Origin: Candidatus Moanibacter sp.
Lineage (GTDB): Bacteria > Verrucomicrobiota > Verrucomicrobiia > Opitutales > UBA2987
Length of the DNA: 64,000 bases
Direction of reading: 5' to 3'
NCBI GenBank assembly: GCA_965215885.1
Contig: CBDCEW010000105.1
Coordinates: 192,001-256,000 of the forward strand
Shown here: positions 9,592-22,700 of the stretch, piece by piece
How positions within the stretch are numbered: the first letter of the stretch is position 1
Layout of the letters: every line of letters starts with the position of its first letter
The notes under the pieces: generated by a model
Told to the model about the DNA's origin: nothing
The model's input: the letters and a program-made list of their open reading frames with translations, nothing else
Databases searched by the model: none
Made by a program: the position numbers and the translations under genes

Positions 9592-10735
9592 CCGTTATTC
9601 CGGGGGGCAAATCGTATTTCCACTCCTGAAGGGAGAAAGCCCACCGTTCCCTGATCGCTTCGATCTGCGGCTTTCCAATCGTGTAGACATTCTTTCTATA
9701 CGCGCGTTCCGATTCCACGTAAGCGCTGATCTGAGAGAGCCCACCCATCTTCTTCTCCAGGCGGAAGTGGTCATAGATTTCTTCGACCGCATCCATCGGA
9801 TTTCTTTCTAACGACTCGTATTTCAATTCGAAAAAACAATCCGTCGACAGTGAATTGCGATCTCTCAGAAACCTCCGCATGATTAATTCGTAATTCTCAA
9901 GCGTGATTTCTTCAAAATCCAAGTCCTTCCAGTTCTGCCACGCAAAGGCCGGCATTGTCCTTCCAAAGTGTCTAACCGTCGAACAAAATACCTCGAAAGG
10001 GTTGCGAACAATGTGGATGAATTTCGCTTTAGGGAATACTGATCTCAACCAGGGAATGCGCGCTGTCGCGGCGGGATTCTTCAAGAGCAGGCGCTTTCCC
10101 CTGTTTTCTTCACTGTAGGCCAGCTTCTTCAGAAGGTAGTTGTAGGTGTAGGCGAATTCTTCCAATTCCTCCTTTCCAACCCCTTCCAACAATATCGATC
10201 GCCTGTATATCTCCCGAAAGTGGCGAGGGAAGTAATAACAGTAGTAATAGCACAGCAGACCCATATTCCCGAGGGCCATTTCTTCTTCTTGTGGAGAATC
10301 GAGTGAGAGCCGCACATTGTCCATTCCTCGAGTTTCAGGCAGAATTTTCTCGATTATTGGCGGAGCGATTTTGAGCTTTCCGAGAAAATCCCAGGGCATA
10401 GCTGTCTGCAGAAACGAAATCCAGGCGAACTGTGGATCCTGGCTGAGGAGATTATGTAGATAAGTCGTGCCGCTTCGCCAATGTCCAACGATAAAAATCG
10501 GATCCTTCTCAATCTCGGTCTCCTCGATGCCACGATCGTGCATGAGCCGTTCCCACCGATAGAAGGGAAAACGCAGAATCACGGCCATTACCGCCGCCAG
10601 TCGGACCCAACGCGACTCTCCTTGAAAGGGACCATACCGGCGCTTCGTTTGAAGCAACGTGAGCAGATTGCTCCCCCCTAACGGGTGCAGTAGCGGTCTC
10701 TTAAATTCCTCTGGAGTAGATCGCGAGGACCTCAC
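9572..10735 (-). CDS. PAPS-dependent sulfotransferase (Stf0/Sulfotransfer_3-like)
   Basis: PIFIVGHWRSGTTYLHNLL (5'-PSB loop), LLKNP, IHIVRNPFEVFCS (3'-PB), KYESL. GTG start overlaps the PKS-NRPS TAG stop (TAGTG). Confidence 0.92.
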   Translation of the reverse strand: MRSSRSTPEEFKRPLLHPLGGSNLLTLLQTKRRYGPFQGESRWVRLAAVMAVILRFPFYRWERLMHDRGIEETEIEKDPIFIVGHWRSGTTYLHNLLSQDPQFAWISFLQTAMPWDFLGKLKIAPPIIEKILPETRGMDNVRLSLDSPQEEEMALGNMGLLCYYYCYYFPRHFREIYRRSILLEGVGKEELEEFAYTYNYLLKKLAYSEENRGKRLLLKNPAATARIPWLRSVFPKAKFIHIVRNPFEVFCSTVRHFGRTMPAFAWQNWKDLDFEEITLENYELIMRRFLRDRNSLSTDCFFELKYESLERNPMDAVEEIYDHFRLEKKMGGLSQISAYVESERAYRKNVYTIGKPQIEAIRERWAFSLQEWKYDLPPGITVIENAE

Positions 10736-13700
10736 TACACAGTACTCGCATGTGCAGCATCGGAAGACTCGGCTTCTTTGAATCGAGCGACCGTCTCAGG
10801 CGAAATAAAATAGTTTTCACACTGGGGTCTCGCCGCCTCGAATTCGAGCGATTGTAACAATCGGTAATGAGCTAATGAATCTCTTACCTTGACAGGTCCC
10901 AAGGTGGGCCTGATACCGGAACTCTTACCGGTTAACAAACTGGAGAGTATGCATCCGGTAATCTCTCTCGAGTCTCGCCCTGCCAGCGTCAGAAGATGAT
11001 CGCCTCCCAATTCCTCTAAAAGGCTGGCAGTACCATTGGGTAGAAAGATCGTCTCGCTGATCTCTTCGTTTAACCGCAACAAACCTCCCGTCGTGAATAA
11101 TATATCATGTTGCGTTTCAAGGCGCTTAATGGCGTCGAAAACCCGAAAACAGGGCGGAAAGGAATCATCCACGATGAGAGAACCGGGTTGCAGTCGGTTC
11201 ACATCCAGTATTCCCGGTACATTCGTAGCGCCGAGAATGAAAGTAGCTTCATAAACCGCGTCCGGGAGCTTCCCTCGGCTCGTCTCGAGGCGCACGTCGC
11301 CCCGGAAATTCACTTCCTCAGCTAGCTTTCGGCGAATCTCATCTAGTGCCTCAGCCTTTTGATATAGATCACACAGTATCAACTCACGCGGATGCGGCAA
11401 AACCTCCAACATCAACCGAAGGGACGCATAACCAATCGATCCCAAGCCTACGATCGCGACACTTTCCTTCGAGAAATCCCGTTCCGTCTGGCTCAATAGT
11501 CCCTCTATCGACTTTATTATCGTGGCCGTTGTAGTGGCATGGCCTGTCGTGATCTCCGGCATATCGTCACGCTTGTCGATCCACTCAACTATCTTCCTGC
11601 CGTAATCCGTGGCAGATGGAATCAGGCCCGTCAGTGAGACTTGTGCGGCGCCCATCTTTGCCGCCACTTCCATCGCTCCTACAACATGCTCAACCAGGGC
11701 ATCCTGATCTTTGTAGAGTTCCGCCCCCAGCCGCGGCAGCATTATCAAGCCTATGCGTCCGAACGAAGTCTCGTAGAGATTTGACAAAAACGGCTGACCG
11801 CGGAGCCAATTGTGAACGATATCCTCCTTAGACAGGCCGGTCAGCGCTAAAAAGGCATCCGGAATATAGGCCAGTGCAACCGCATCCGCTCGGGGCAGAT
11901 CTTCCTGGTTGCCACTAACATTATCGATTATCTCCACCGTGAGGTAACTCGAGTCGAGCTCCTCATTCACAAAACCGTTGGCAGCTTGTCCGCTTTCCAA
12001 CATCCCATCCGCCTGGCTTTCCTGCAGGCACGGTACCGTATCCAGATAGCGTGCCAGGTTCTCTACCGTGGGATTCTGTAGAAAGACGTCCACCGGTAAC
12101 CGCCGGTTAAACGCCTGGGAAACTTCCGTGAGTATCTGCACGGCAAGCAATGAGTCTCCTCCGAGGTCAAAAAAGTTATCACGAATACCAATTCTATCGC
12201 TCTTAAAAACGATGTTTAGTATATCGACCAGGATCTTCTCGCTGGGAGTTCTCGGCGAAAGATATTCTGCTTGAATGTCGCTTCGCTGCAATGTCGGAGC
12301 CGGCAACTTGAGCCGATCGACTTTTCTGTTCGGGGTCATCGGGTATTCGTCCAACAGCACGTAGGTGCCTGGTCGCATGTACTCTGGCATCCGCTCCATC
12401 ATATAAGAGCGCAAGACGCCGACAATCCCATCATACTCATCTTCCGGTATGATATAAGCTGCCAATCCTTCACTCGGCAGGTCGCTCCGTTTGATTACGA
12501 TTGCCTGCTTCACGTAAGGATGACTCTTCAGGTGCTCCTCGATATCCTCCAATTCGATCCGATATCCGCGAAGTTTAATCTGGGAATCGTTGCGACCCAG
12601 AAAGTCAATCTTTCCATCGGGTCTGAAACGGGCCATATCGCCCGTTTCGTAGAGGCGCTCGCTCCTGCCGTTGGGAAGCGTGATCTGCAGGAACTTCTCC
12701 GCTGTCATTTCAGGTTGGTTATGGTAGCCACGCGCCAAACCGTCACCGCCGATGTAAAAATTACCCACAAAACCTGGCGGCAAGGCTTTGTGATTATCGT
12801 CCAGAATATAAACCGTCGTGTTGGCAATGGGCCGCCCAATGGACACAGTTCCCCCGCCCGTGGTTACCCTGTCAACAGTCGACCAGATGGTTGTCTCGGT
12901 AGGCCCGTAGAGGTTCCAGACCGCACGAGTAGAGGGTAAAAGCGCTTCCGCCAACTCCCGAGAAAGAGTCTCACCTCCGCAAAAGACGCGCAGGTCGTGT
13001 TTACCCTCCCATCCGGAATCCAGTAACATCTGCCAGGTTGCGGGAGTCGCCTGCATTGTAGTTACCGCATATTCATCCAGAAGAACGGATAGCCTTCGGC
13101 CATCGGAGGCTTCTTGCCTCGTAGCGATGACAACGCGCGCCTCAGATATAAGGGGAAGGAGTAACTCCAGTATCGAAATATCAAAGGAGAGAGTCGTCAC
13201 CGCCAGAAGTGTGTCGTCTGCGCTTAACCCCGGTAATTCTCTCATCGAGGTGAGAAAATTAACCACTGCCCGGTGGGGAATCTCGACACCCTTGGGCCTT
13301 CCCGTAGAGCCGGATGTATAGATTATGTAAGCGAGCGACTCTGAGGTCTGTCCACTAACGACCGGCGCTACCGCCGATTCGCCGCAACTCTCTATCAGCA
13401 CGGTTGTCCAATTGCCTTTGGGAAGATTCCTCAACAACTGATTCTGCGTAAGGACGACGCCGGGCTTGGCGTCATCCAGCATCTGCTCGAGCCGAAAGCT
13501 GGGAAAGGCGGGATCCAGAGGCACAAAACATCCACCCGATTTCAATATACCGAGAATACCGATCAGCATATCGAGCGATCGGTCCACCAGAATACCGACC
13601 GGCATATCCAACCCGATTCCGGCAGTCCGAAGTTTTTCCGCCACGGCGTTGGCACGCCTGTTCAATTCCAAATAGGTTAATGATTTGCCCGCACAGGTAA

Positions 13701-16700
13701 CCGCAACGGCTTCAGGCGTACGGGCGGCATGTTCGCTCACCAACTGATGCACGCAGGTTTCCTCCGGGCAATCGGAAGCGGTCGCATTCCACTCCTCGAG
13801 AATCTTCCTTTCCTCCTCCTGGGAGAGAAACGAAATCTCCGATATCCGCTTTCCGGGATGGACTACGAGATCCTCAAGCACCTGCTCGTAGAGCATATTG
13901 AGGCGGCCGATTGTTTCCGGTTCAAAAAGGTCGCGATTGTATTGCCAACAACCGTAAATGTTTCCATCCGCTTCTTCGACGACCAGCGAAATCTCGAATT
14001 GCGCCTGGCGCAAATTCAGGTCGATCGACTCAACGGAGATATCCCTGACCTTGAAATTGTGGCCACCTTGTCCAATAAGAAACACCGCGATACCCTGGTC
14101 GTCCACACCTGGAATTCGCTCCATCGAAAACGTTACCTGGAAAATCGGAGAACGGCTCGAATCGCGACGCACCTGCAAATGGTCGACCAACATGGATAGG
14201 GGATATTCCTGATTCTCAAATGCTCCGATTCGGGTATCGCTGACGCGGTCGAGGTAATCTGTAAAGACGGGGTCATCGTCGACCTTACTTCGCAGGGCGA
14301 CAGGATTGATGAAGTAGCCTACCAGATCATGAAATTCCTTGCGACGTCGGCCGTAGAAAGGACTACCGATGAGGAGATCATCCTGATTGCAGTAGCGATG
14401 CAAGAGGACCTGAAAAGCGGATAGCAACAGGGTGTAAAGCGTCACATTGCGCTCCGAGGCGAGCCCTTCTACCCTTTCGGTCAGATTCTCGTTCAGCTTG
14501 AAACCATGGGTCGCTCCGTTGAAACTCTGTATGGGCGGTCTAGGATGATCGGTCGGCAGATCGAGCACAAATTGCGCATCACTCATCTGATTCACCCAGT
14601 ATTTGAGCATACCCTCGCTCTCCGGCCCATCCAACAAATCCTGTTGCCACTTTACATAGTCGGCGTAGCGACATTTAAGTGGCGCAAAATCCGGTTCGAA
14701 TCCCGCCTTAATCGAGAAATAACTCTCGATTAAGTCATTCATGATCAGAACGATCGACCAGGCATCGGAAACGATATGATGCATGCAAAGCAAGGCCACG
14801 TGGGCGTTGTCTGCGGTGCGGAATAATTCGAGCCGAACTACCGGACCGCGCTCAAGATCAAAAGGTCGGTTGGTGTGCTCGATCAGCAACTCCTTGATCT
14901 CATCCCTGCTCAATTCAGTGGCATCATGTTCCCGAAAATCAATACTCCGCCCATCGTGAGTCACTTGTATCAGCTGTCCGTTTTCAGCCTTTATGGTGAC
15001 ATCGAGCATCGGATGCCGGCGGAAGAGCGCCGCGAAGGCCTTTTTCATCACCGGTATGTCGACATAGGGCGAGATGCTGGAACTGAAGACCAGATTATAG
15101 GCCGAACTCTCAGGAGCCAAACGGTTAAGAAACCAGAGCGCCCGCTGCCCGCGCGAAAGTGGAAATTCCTTTATCGCCGGATCCGATATCATGAGTGCAC
15201 TGCCCACAGCCCCATCCTCAGCGATCTCCCCAAGATCTCCTTCCCCGGACTGCAGCAACATTTCGAGCACCGATACCGCCAGTTGGGATATGTTCGGGCC
15301 CTGCAAAAACTGGCCCATTTGCAGATTAATGCCCAGGCTCGACTCCAGCCGATTCATCAATTCGATAGCCATCAGGGAATCGAGACCGATCTGAGTAAGA
15401 GGCGTCTCCCGCTCGACTTTGGTAGAACTCGTCCCAAACACCTGCGCAACCTCTTCACATATAAAATCCTCCAGAAGCTTTAGACGCTCTTCCGGTGGAG
15501 CGCCAATTATCATCGGCCGAATCGAACCGGCTTTGGCACTCGCCGAATCAGCGGCTTCCTTCTGAGCAACCAGTGAAAAAGTGGGAGATTTCGCCGTCGT
15601 CGGGTTAATTTTGAAGAGCAAATTCCAGTCAATCCTGGCAGCGCCAAGTTGAACCGGATCTCTCCCCAGGATCTCGGCAAAGATCTCCAGTGCTTCCTCC
15701 ACCTGGAAGGTCTTCATTCCCACTTTATCGAGGTATTGTGCCGTCATCTCATCACGCTCCACGAAACCCGCCCCCAAGATAGCGCCCCAGTTCAAGGTAA
15801 GCGCGGGAAGCCCCAGCGAGCGCCGGTAGTGAGCGAGCGCGTCGAGAAATAGATTGCCCGCGCAGTAGTTACTCTGGCGAGTCGCGCCGATCATCGACGA
15901 TATCGATGAGAGACAGACAAAGTGATCCAGGGGCATATCTTTTGTCTCAAGATGCAAGTTCCATGCCCCCAGCATTTTCGGCCTGAGCACCCTGTTAAAA
16001 CGCTCCCTGTCAAGGTCCTTAATGAAATCGTCATCGAGAACCATGGCACCGTGTATAACACCCTTTAAGGGAGGTAAACTGGACTTAATCTTCTCGACTA
16101 TCCGTGATACGTCCTCTTCCTTCGTAAAATCCCCTCTGGCATCGATAACAGCGACGCCTCCCGCGATCATCTCTTCGATGTCTCGCTTTTCTCCTTCCGT
16201 CTTTGCTCCACTGCGACTTCCAAGGACCAACGTTCCCGCTCCCATTCGAGCCATCCACTTTGCCACTTCCAGGCCAAACCCACTCGCCCCTCCCGTAATC
16301 AGATAGGAAGCATCCTTCTTAAATAGTCTCTTCGAGTCTGAAGGAGGACCGACCGGAATCGTGTCCAGTTGAAAAGAGAGGACGTTCTTTCCGATGTGCT
16401 TCGCCTGCGCCATGTAGCGAAACGCTTTCCCTGCCTCCGTAACTGGGAAAGATTTGAGGGGTAAGGGAGGCAACCTGTTTTCCGCAAACTCTGCCGAAAG
16501 CTCCATCAGGAGGGAGGCGATGTAGTGCGGCCTTTCCTCAACGTGTTGAGCCAGATCGATCGCAAAGTAGGAAATGTTGTTCTTGAAAGGTTCCAACCCG
16601 ATCATTGTGTTCTGGTAAATGTCTACTTTCCCTATTTCCAGAAAGCGGCCGTAGGGAGCCAGCACGGAGATACTCTTTCGTATCCAATCGCCTGCCAGCG

Positions 16701-19700
16701 AGTTGAGCACCACATCAACTCCGCCACCTTCAGTGATTTTCATGACCTCATCCGCAAAATCGAGGCTACGGGAATCCATCACATGGGAGACGCCCATATC
16801 CCGGAGGAACTCTCGCTTTTCCGGAGTGCCGGCGGTGGTAAATATCTCCGCTCCGATTCCCTTTGCGATGCGTATCGCCGCCTGTCCGACGCCCCCGGAC
16901 CCTGCGTGAATGAGGATTGTCTCCCCTTTCTGCAGATGTCCAAGATGGTTCAAAGCGTAATAGGCGGTAAGGTATACGGTAGGCAGCGTGGCCGCTTCCT
17001 CGAAACTCATGTGGCCCGGTTTACGAAAGATCATATTTCGATCAATCGTCACATGGGTCCTGAAACAGTAGGGGGCCATACCTGCCACTTCGTCACCTAC
17101 CTTCAGGTCCTCTACACCCTTACCTAATCTTAATATCGTGCCGGAAAAGTCATCTCCCAACCATCTCAGGTCTTTGCTGTTGCCCGGGTAGATTCCAAGA
17201 GCCTTCATCACATCGCGGAAATTAATCCCGCCCGCCGCAACTCTGATCTCCACTTCCCCTTCCTCCGGCGAACGCCTTGTCGTCTCGTTGAGTGACAGAT
17301 TGTCAAGTATTCCAGGCGTTGGTATCTCGAGACGGTAAGGAGTCACAGTATCTCCATTCACCGCGTTGTGCAGGCGAAGGGGGAGATCCTCATGGGGAAC
17401 ACTCAAGACCCGATGCACAAAACGCTTCCCCGACCGCAAAGCCAATTCAAATTCCTCATCATTGAGGATAATCTCCTCGAACAAGCCCCCTACCTCCTCG
17501 ACTTCCACCTCCGGATCCAAATCGATAACCGTCCAGCAGAATTCCTTATACTCATTGTTAGCCACCCGCAGGAATCCGGATAGTGGTGTGGATGCGATCG
17601 ATTGTAAGGTCTCATCTCCATTCAGGTATTGCGCACCCCGAGTAACCATCCATACCCTCGGTGCGGGATCGAGTGCGGCGCTTCCCAATGCCTTGGCCAG
17701 CAATAGGGTATTCAATACTCCCGTTTTTTGCGCCTCATCCAGGGAGACAGGATCCGTATCCGCTGAATTGCAGTGGTCGACACTCAAGCAATGGATGATA
17801 CCTCGAAACGTGAGGGACAGTTCTCCCACCGCCTCGATCAGCTTTGCAATGTCCTCGTGGCTTCCCGGCTGAAATTCAAAGTTCCATTCGTCCAATTGGG
17901 CAAATTCATCGCCCACCTCAGCAACCAGGCAAGATCGCTTCTCTTCGCGCAATCGTTCCGCCACCGCCCTTCCCGTGCCCTTATGGTCGGCGATTACCAG
18001 ATAGAGCTCGTTAATCTCTCCTTCTTTCTTCGGTTCCACCGCCTTCCTATCCAACTCCGGACCCTTAGCCAGAAAGACTGTTTGAGAGGTCTCTTCCTCT
18101 CTGGGGCCATCGACAAAGGATGCGACGTTTTCAAATCCGCTCTCATTGAGCAGCTTCTCCCACTTCTCACGTGGAAGTAATGCCGAATGTGGCCGCAAGT
18201 CGGTATCGCTGTACTGCCACCAACCCTTGAGTTGTCCAAAGACCATATCCAGGCCCAGCCGCGGCGACGTGACCTCCAGGAATATCAGCAAGCCGTTTGA
18301 TGCCAACAGATCTTGCACCACGCCGAGCGTTTTCCTCAGTTCCGAAGTTGCGTGTAGAACGTCCGTTGCCAGAATGAGATCAAATGAATGCAGTTTAATC
18401 CCCTGCTCGACGGGGTCCTTCTCAACATCGAGAAGGCGGTATTCTACAAAATCGTACTCGCTGAACTCCTTTCTTGCATCATTCAAAAACAGCGGTCCAA
18501 TGTCCGTGAAACTATATTCACTACGATCTTTCGGCAGTATCGGGAGCACGCTCCTCGTCAATGAACCGGTTCCCGCTCCTACTTCTAGAACGCGTAAGGT
18601 ACGTCGCTGCGGCAGGTCTTCAATAGCCCGCAAGACCGCCATCTGGATCAGTTCATTGTAAGCAAGAAAATCGGCGCCCTCTTTGTAAAAATCTGAGAAT
18701 CGCTCTACAGAGCCTCCCGGGAATATCACTTCCATTGGATCAACCTTCCCCGAGAGAATCTCTCCCAATCTCGCACCGCACACCCTCTCCAGATGTAGAT
18801 CAGAGGCAAAATTCGGATACTTCTCCTCCAATTCATCGATCAGCGGCAGGGCTTCCGCGGGCTTCGGCGCCTTTAACACTTCCCATTCTTCATCGGCCAC
18901 CGTCTTGAGAACGTCCTCTTTATCCAAAGCGACCAGGAACGAACGCGTCAACCGCTCATGCTGATCAACGATTCCCAGTTCCCCAACAAAATCACTGAAC
19001 CGAAATCTCTCTCCCGGAGTCGGGCGCCAACCCAGTTCGCAAAACGCATTTATGATAAATAGGACACAAATGTCTTCCACGGAGGGCATAAACTCGTTAA
19101 AGTAGCGCTCCAGATCATACCGTTTGTAAACTTCTCCTACACTCGGACTCAGCCCTCTCAATATCTCTTCAGTTCCCGCGAATTTCGCGGAGCCCGAAGC
19201 CCCACTCCCTCGCAAATGTCTCTCCTTCCACTCTAACTGGTAAAAGCAGCGAAATATGTCACTTTCGGACTTGGTGTCACTTTGTTCCACGCGTTCCACG
19301 CGGAATCCGAGAATGTCTGCCACACGCTCACCCCGATCATTGAATACCTCCACATTCGCTTCCATCACCTCACCATCATCGAGGTAGAGATCGGCGTGGC
19401 CCCAGAGCCGCGGCTCGATGGGTCCATACATGCGAACACGCTTTATCGTGGCGGGCAGGTAGAAGTTATCCTTCGCCAAACGCCCCTCCGGCGCTACCTG
19501 AGCGCCTTTCACGCATTGAAAACAGGCATCGAGCACAGCGGGGTGAAAAAGGTACTCTTCGAGACCCTCGAGAACTTCCTCCGACGCCACAATTTCCCCA
19601 ATTGTCTCACCCGGCTTAACCCAGATATTCTGCAAGAGCTGGAAATTGGGACCAAACTGGTATCCCGCATCTTTGTAATCGGAATAGTATTGATCGTGAT

Positions 19701-22700
19701 CGAGCTTCTCCTCCAAGTTATCCCGAATCGCGGCCAGGTCGACCGAATCGCGTTCTTGCGGAGTAAGTATCTGGAGCCGGCCATGCGCGTTTAAATCCCA
19801 ATCTGTCCTCGATAGCGTCGAACTGTAAATCCTGAATGAACCGTCCGCTTCATCAAAGAGAACTCGCAGCGTCGGCACGTTTCGATCCGAATAAAAGAGC
19901 GCCTTTGTTGTCTTAATATCCTCGACGACATAGTGCTCATCGGGAAAGAGTTCCCTCGCCACCGCAAATCCGATCTCGGCGAATCCGGAGGCCGGAAAAA
20001 TCATCGAGTCCCAGAATCGGTGATCGTCGAGATAGCTGAAAGCCCTCGGGTCCAATTCAAATTCCCAGGAAGGGCTCGGTGAACTCACTCTCACTCCGAG
20101 AAGCGGATGAACAATTGGCGAGAGTCGCTGGGCCTTCGATTCTTCCGATTCGAGCCAGAAACCCTCATGTTTCCACGGATAGGAAGGAAGACGAACGAAT
20201 CGACTGTCAGCGTCCTGCAGGGCTTCCCATTTAATCGGATAACCCATCGCATAGAGCCGACCGAGAGTCTCCAGCATATAGGATTGTTCCGGTTGTCTTC
20301 TTCTCAAGGACCCCAGGGTCGTGCCGGTCTTGCCGGCCTGCGTCAGGCACTCGTTAATCGATGCGGAATGGATGGGACTTGGCCCCAATTCGAGAAAGAG
20401 CTCATCTCCCCCTTCGATAATATTGTATACCGCATCGCTGAATCTGACGGGCTCCCGGACATTCTTCCACCAATACGAGGCGTCCAGTTTCTCGCCTCCC
20501 AACTTATCACCGGCGACGGTCGATATGAAAGGTACGTCTCCTGGTTTTGGCTCAATGTCCGCAAGCGATTCCAGAAGTTCATCCTTAATCGGATTCATCT
20601 GGTGGGTATGAAAAGCATAGTCAATCTGTAGCCAGCGAACGAAAACCTTCTGTTCCTCAAGAGGCTCGATGACCGTTTCAATAACTTCGGTGTCACCTGC
20701 CAAAGTAACCATGGCCGGTCCATTGATAGCAGCAATCGCGACCTGGTTCTCAAATCCCCGTATCGCTTCCTTCGCTTTTTCCTGCGTCAATCCCACCGCC
20801 GCCATCCGACCCGCTCCGCCCGTCTTTTCCTGCAAACGGCTGCGGTGGAAAATCACTTTCACAGCATCCTCTAGACTGTAAATACCAGCCCAATAGGCTG
20901 CCGCCACTTCACCCACACTGTGTCCCACCACTCTGACGGGTTCGACGCCGCGTGAACGCCACAATTCGGCCAGTCCCACCTGCACGGCAAATATGGCCGG
21001 TTGCGCAACATAAGTGCGATTTATGTTTGAATCGACCTTTCCTCGGGACATCTCCTCAAGCAGTGACCAACCGCCCAAAGCGTAGATCAGCTTATCGATC
21101 TGTTTGATGGCCTTGCGAAATACCGGTTCCGTTCTCAGGAGTTCCTGTCCCATTCCCCACCATTGGGGTCCCTGTCCGCTGAATACAAAAACAGATTTTG
21201 GTTCCTTGGCAGCGGCGCGATCGGACACCAAACCCGGCACCCGATTCTCTTCTCTTTCCCAGGCTTGCAGTTTGTCGGCCAGTTCCTTGGAAGTGACCCC
21301 AACGACTGCCAGCCGATGCTCATGGTGACTCTTACGCAGGGCCGCCGTGGAAGCTAAGTCGGGAAGGGAAACCCTACCATTCTGGGAGCCATTCTCGAGC
21401 ATATCGCGGAAGGCACCGACATAAACTTTCAGCGATTCCTCGGTATTGGCGGAGACCGGTAGCAGCACTGGCCCCTCCCATGAGCGTTTTTTTCGCTTGG
21501 GCTCAATCTTCTTCTTCTGCGGAGGCGCTTCTTCCAATACAATATGGGCATTTGTTCCACCGAAACCGAAGGAATTTACCGCCACCACAGCGGATTCTCC
21601 ATCGCACGGCAACGGCTCCGCCTCAGTGGGAACCCTTAATCGAAGCTCATCGAATTGTATGTTTGGGTTCGGTGTCTCGAAGTTCAGATTCGGTGGAATT
21701 GTCCGGTGCTTCAGGACAAGCGCCGCTTTTATCAAACCCGCCACCCCCGATCCGGATTCAAGATGGCCGATATTCGTCTTGACGGAACCGATGACACACT
21801 CCTCTCCCTTCCCTCGACCCCTGCAGAGGATGTTTCCGAGAGCCTGCAATTCGATCGGATCGCCTACCGGAGTGCCCGTTCCATGAGCTTCCATATAGCT
21901 TACCCTTTTCGGTGTTATGCCCGCCTGTCGGTATGCTTCTTCCAACATATCCGATTGCGATTTCACTCCCGGAACGGTCATTGCGTTCGTGCGGCCATCC
22001 TGGTTTACCACAGCTGCCCGAATAAGCGCATAGATGGGTAACCCTTCCTCCTGCGCCTTCCTAAGCGGCCTGATAACTAAAATCCCAGCGCCTTCTCCAC
22101 GTACGTAGCCATTGGCGCGAGCGTCGAAGGCATAACATTGCCCGTCCGGCGATAGCATGGAGGCCTTGCTGAACCCGATCGATGAATCTGGCGTCAAGAG
22201 GGCGTTGACTCCTCCCGCCAGCGCTGACTCACATTGACCATCCCATATGCTTTGACACGCCAGATTTATCGCTACCAAAGCCGATGAACAAGCCGTGTCG
22301 ACCGATAAGCTCGGGCCCTTAAAATTGTAGAGATAGGAGATTCGGTTGGAGGCGATGCTCAGTGTGCTCCCGCTATTCGTGTGCACATCCACTTCGGCAG
22401 GCCCCTTCATCTGAATATTGGCGTAGTCGTTACTGGCTATTCCAACGAATACACCTGTATTCGTCCCTGACATCCGATCCGGTGCCAGCCCACCATCTTC
22501 CAACGCCTCCCAAGTCACCTCCAGCAACCATCGCTGCTGGGGATCCATGCGCAGTGCTTCCCTCGGGGAAATCCCGAAAAATCGGGCATCAAATTTATCG
22601 ATTTCGTCGACAAATCCGCCCCAGCGCGTTATCATCTTGCCCGGTATCTGGGGATTCGGGTCGTAGTATCGATCGACATTCCAGCGGCCCTCCGGAACTT

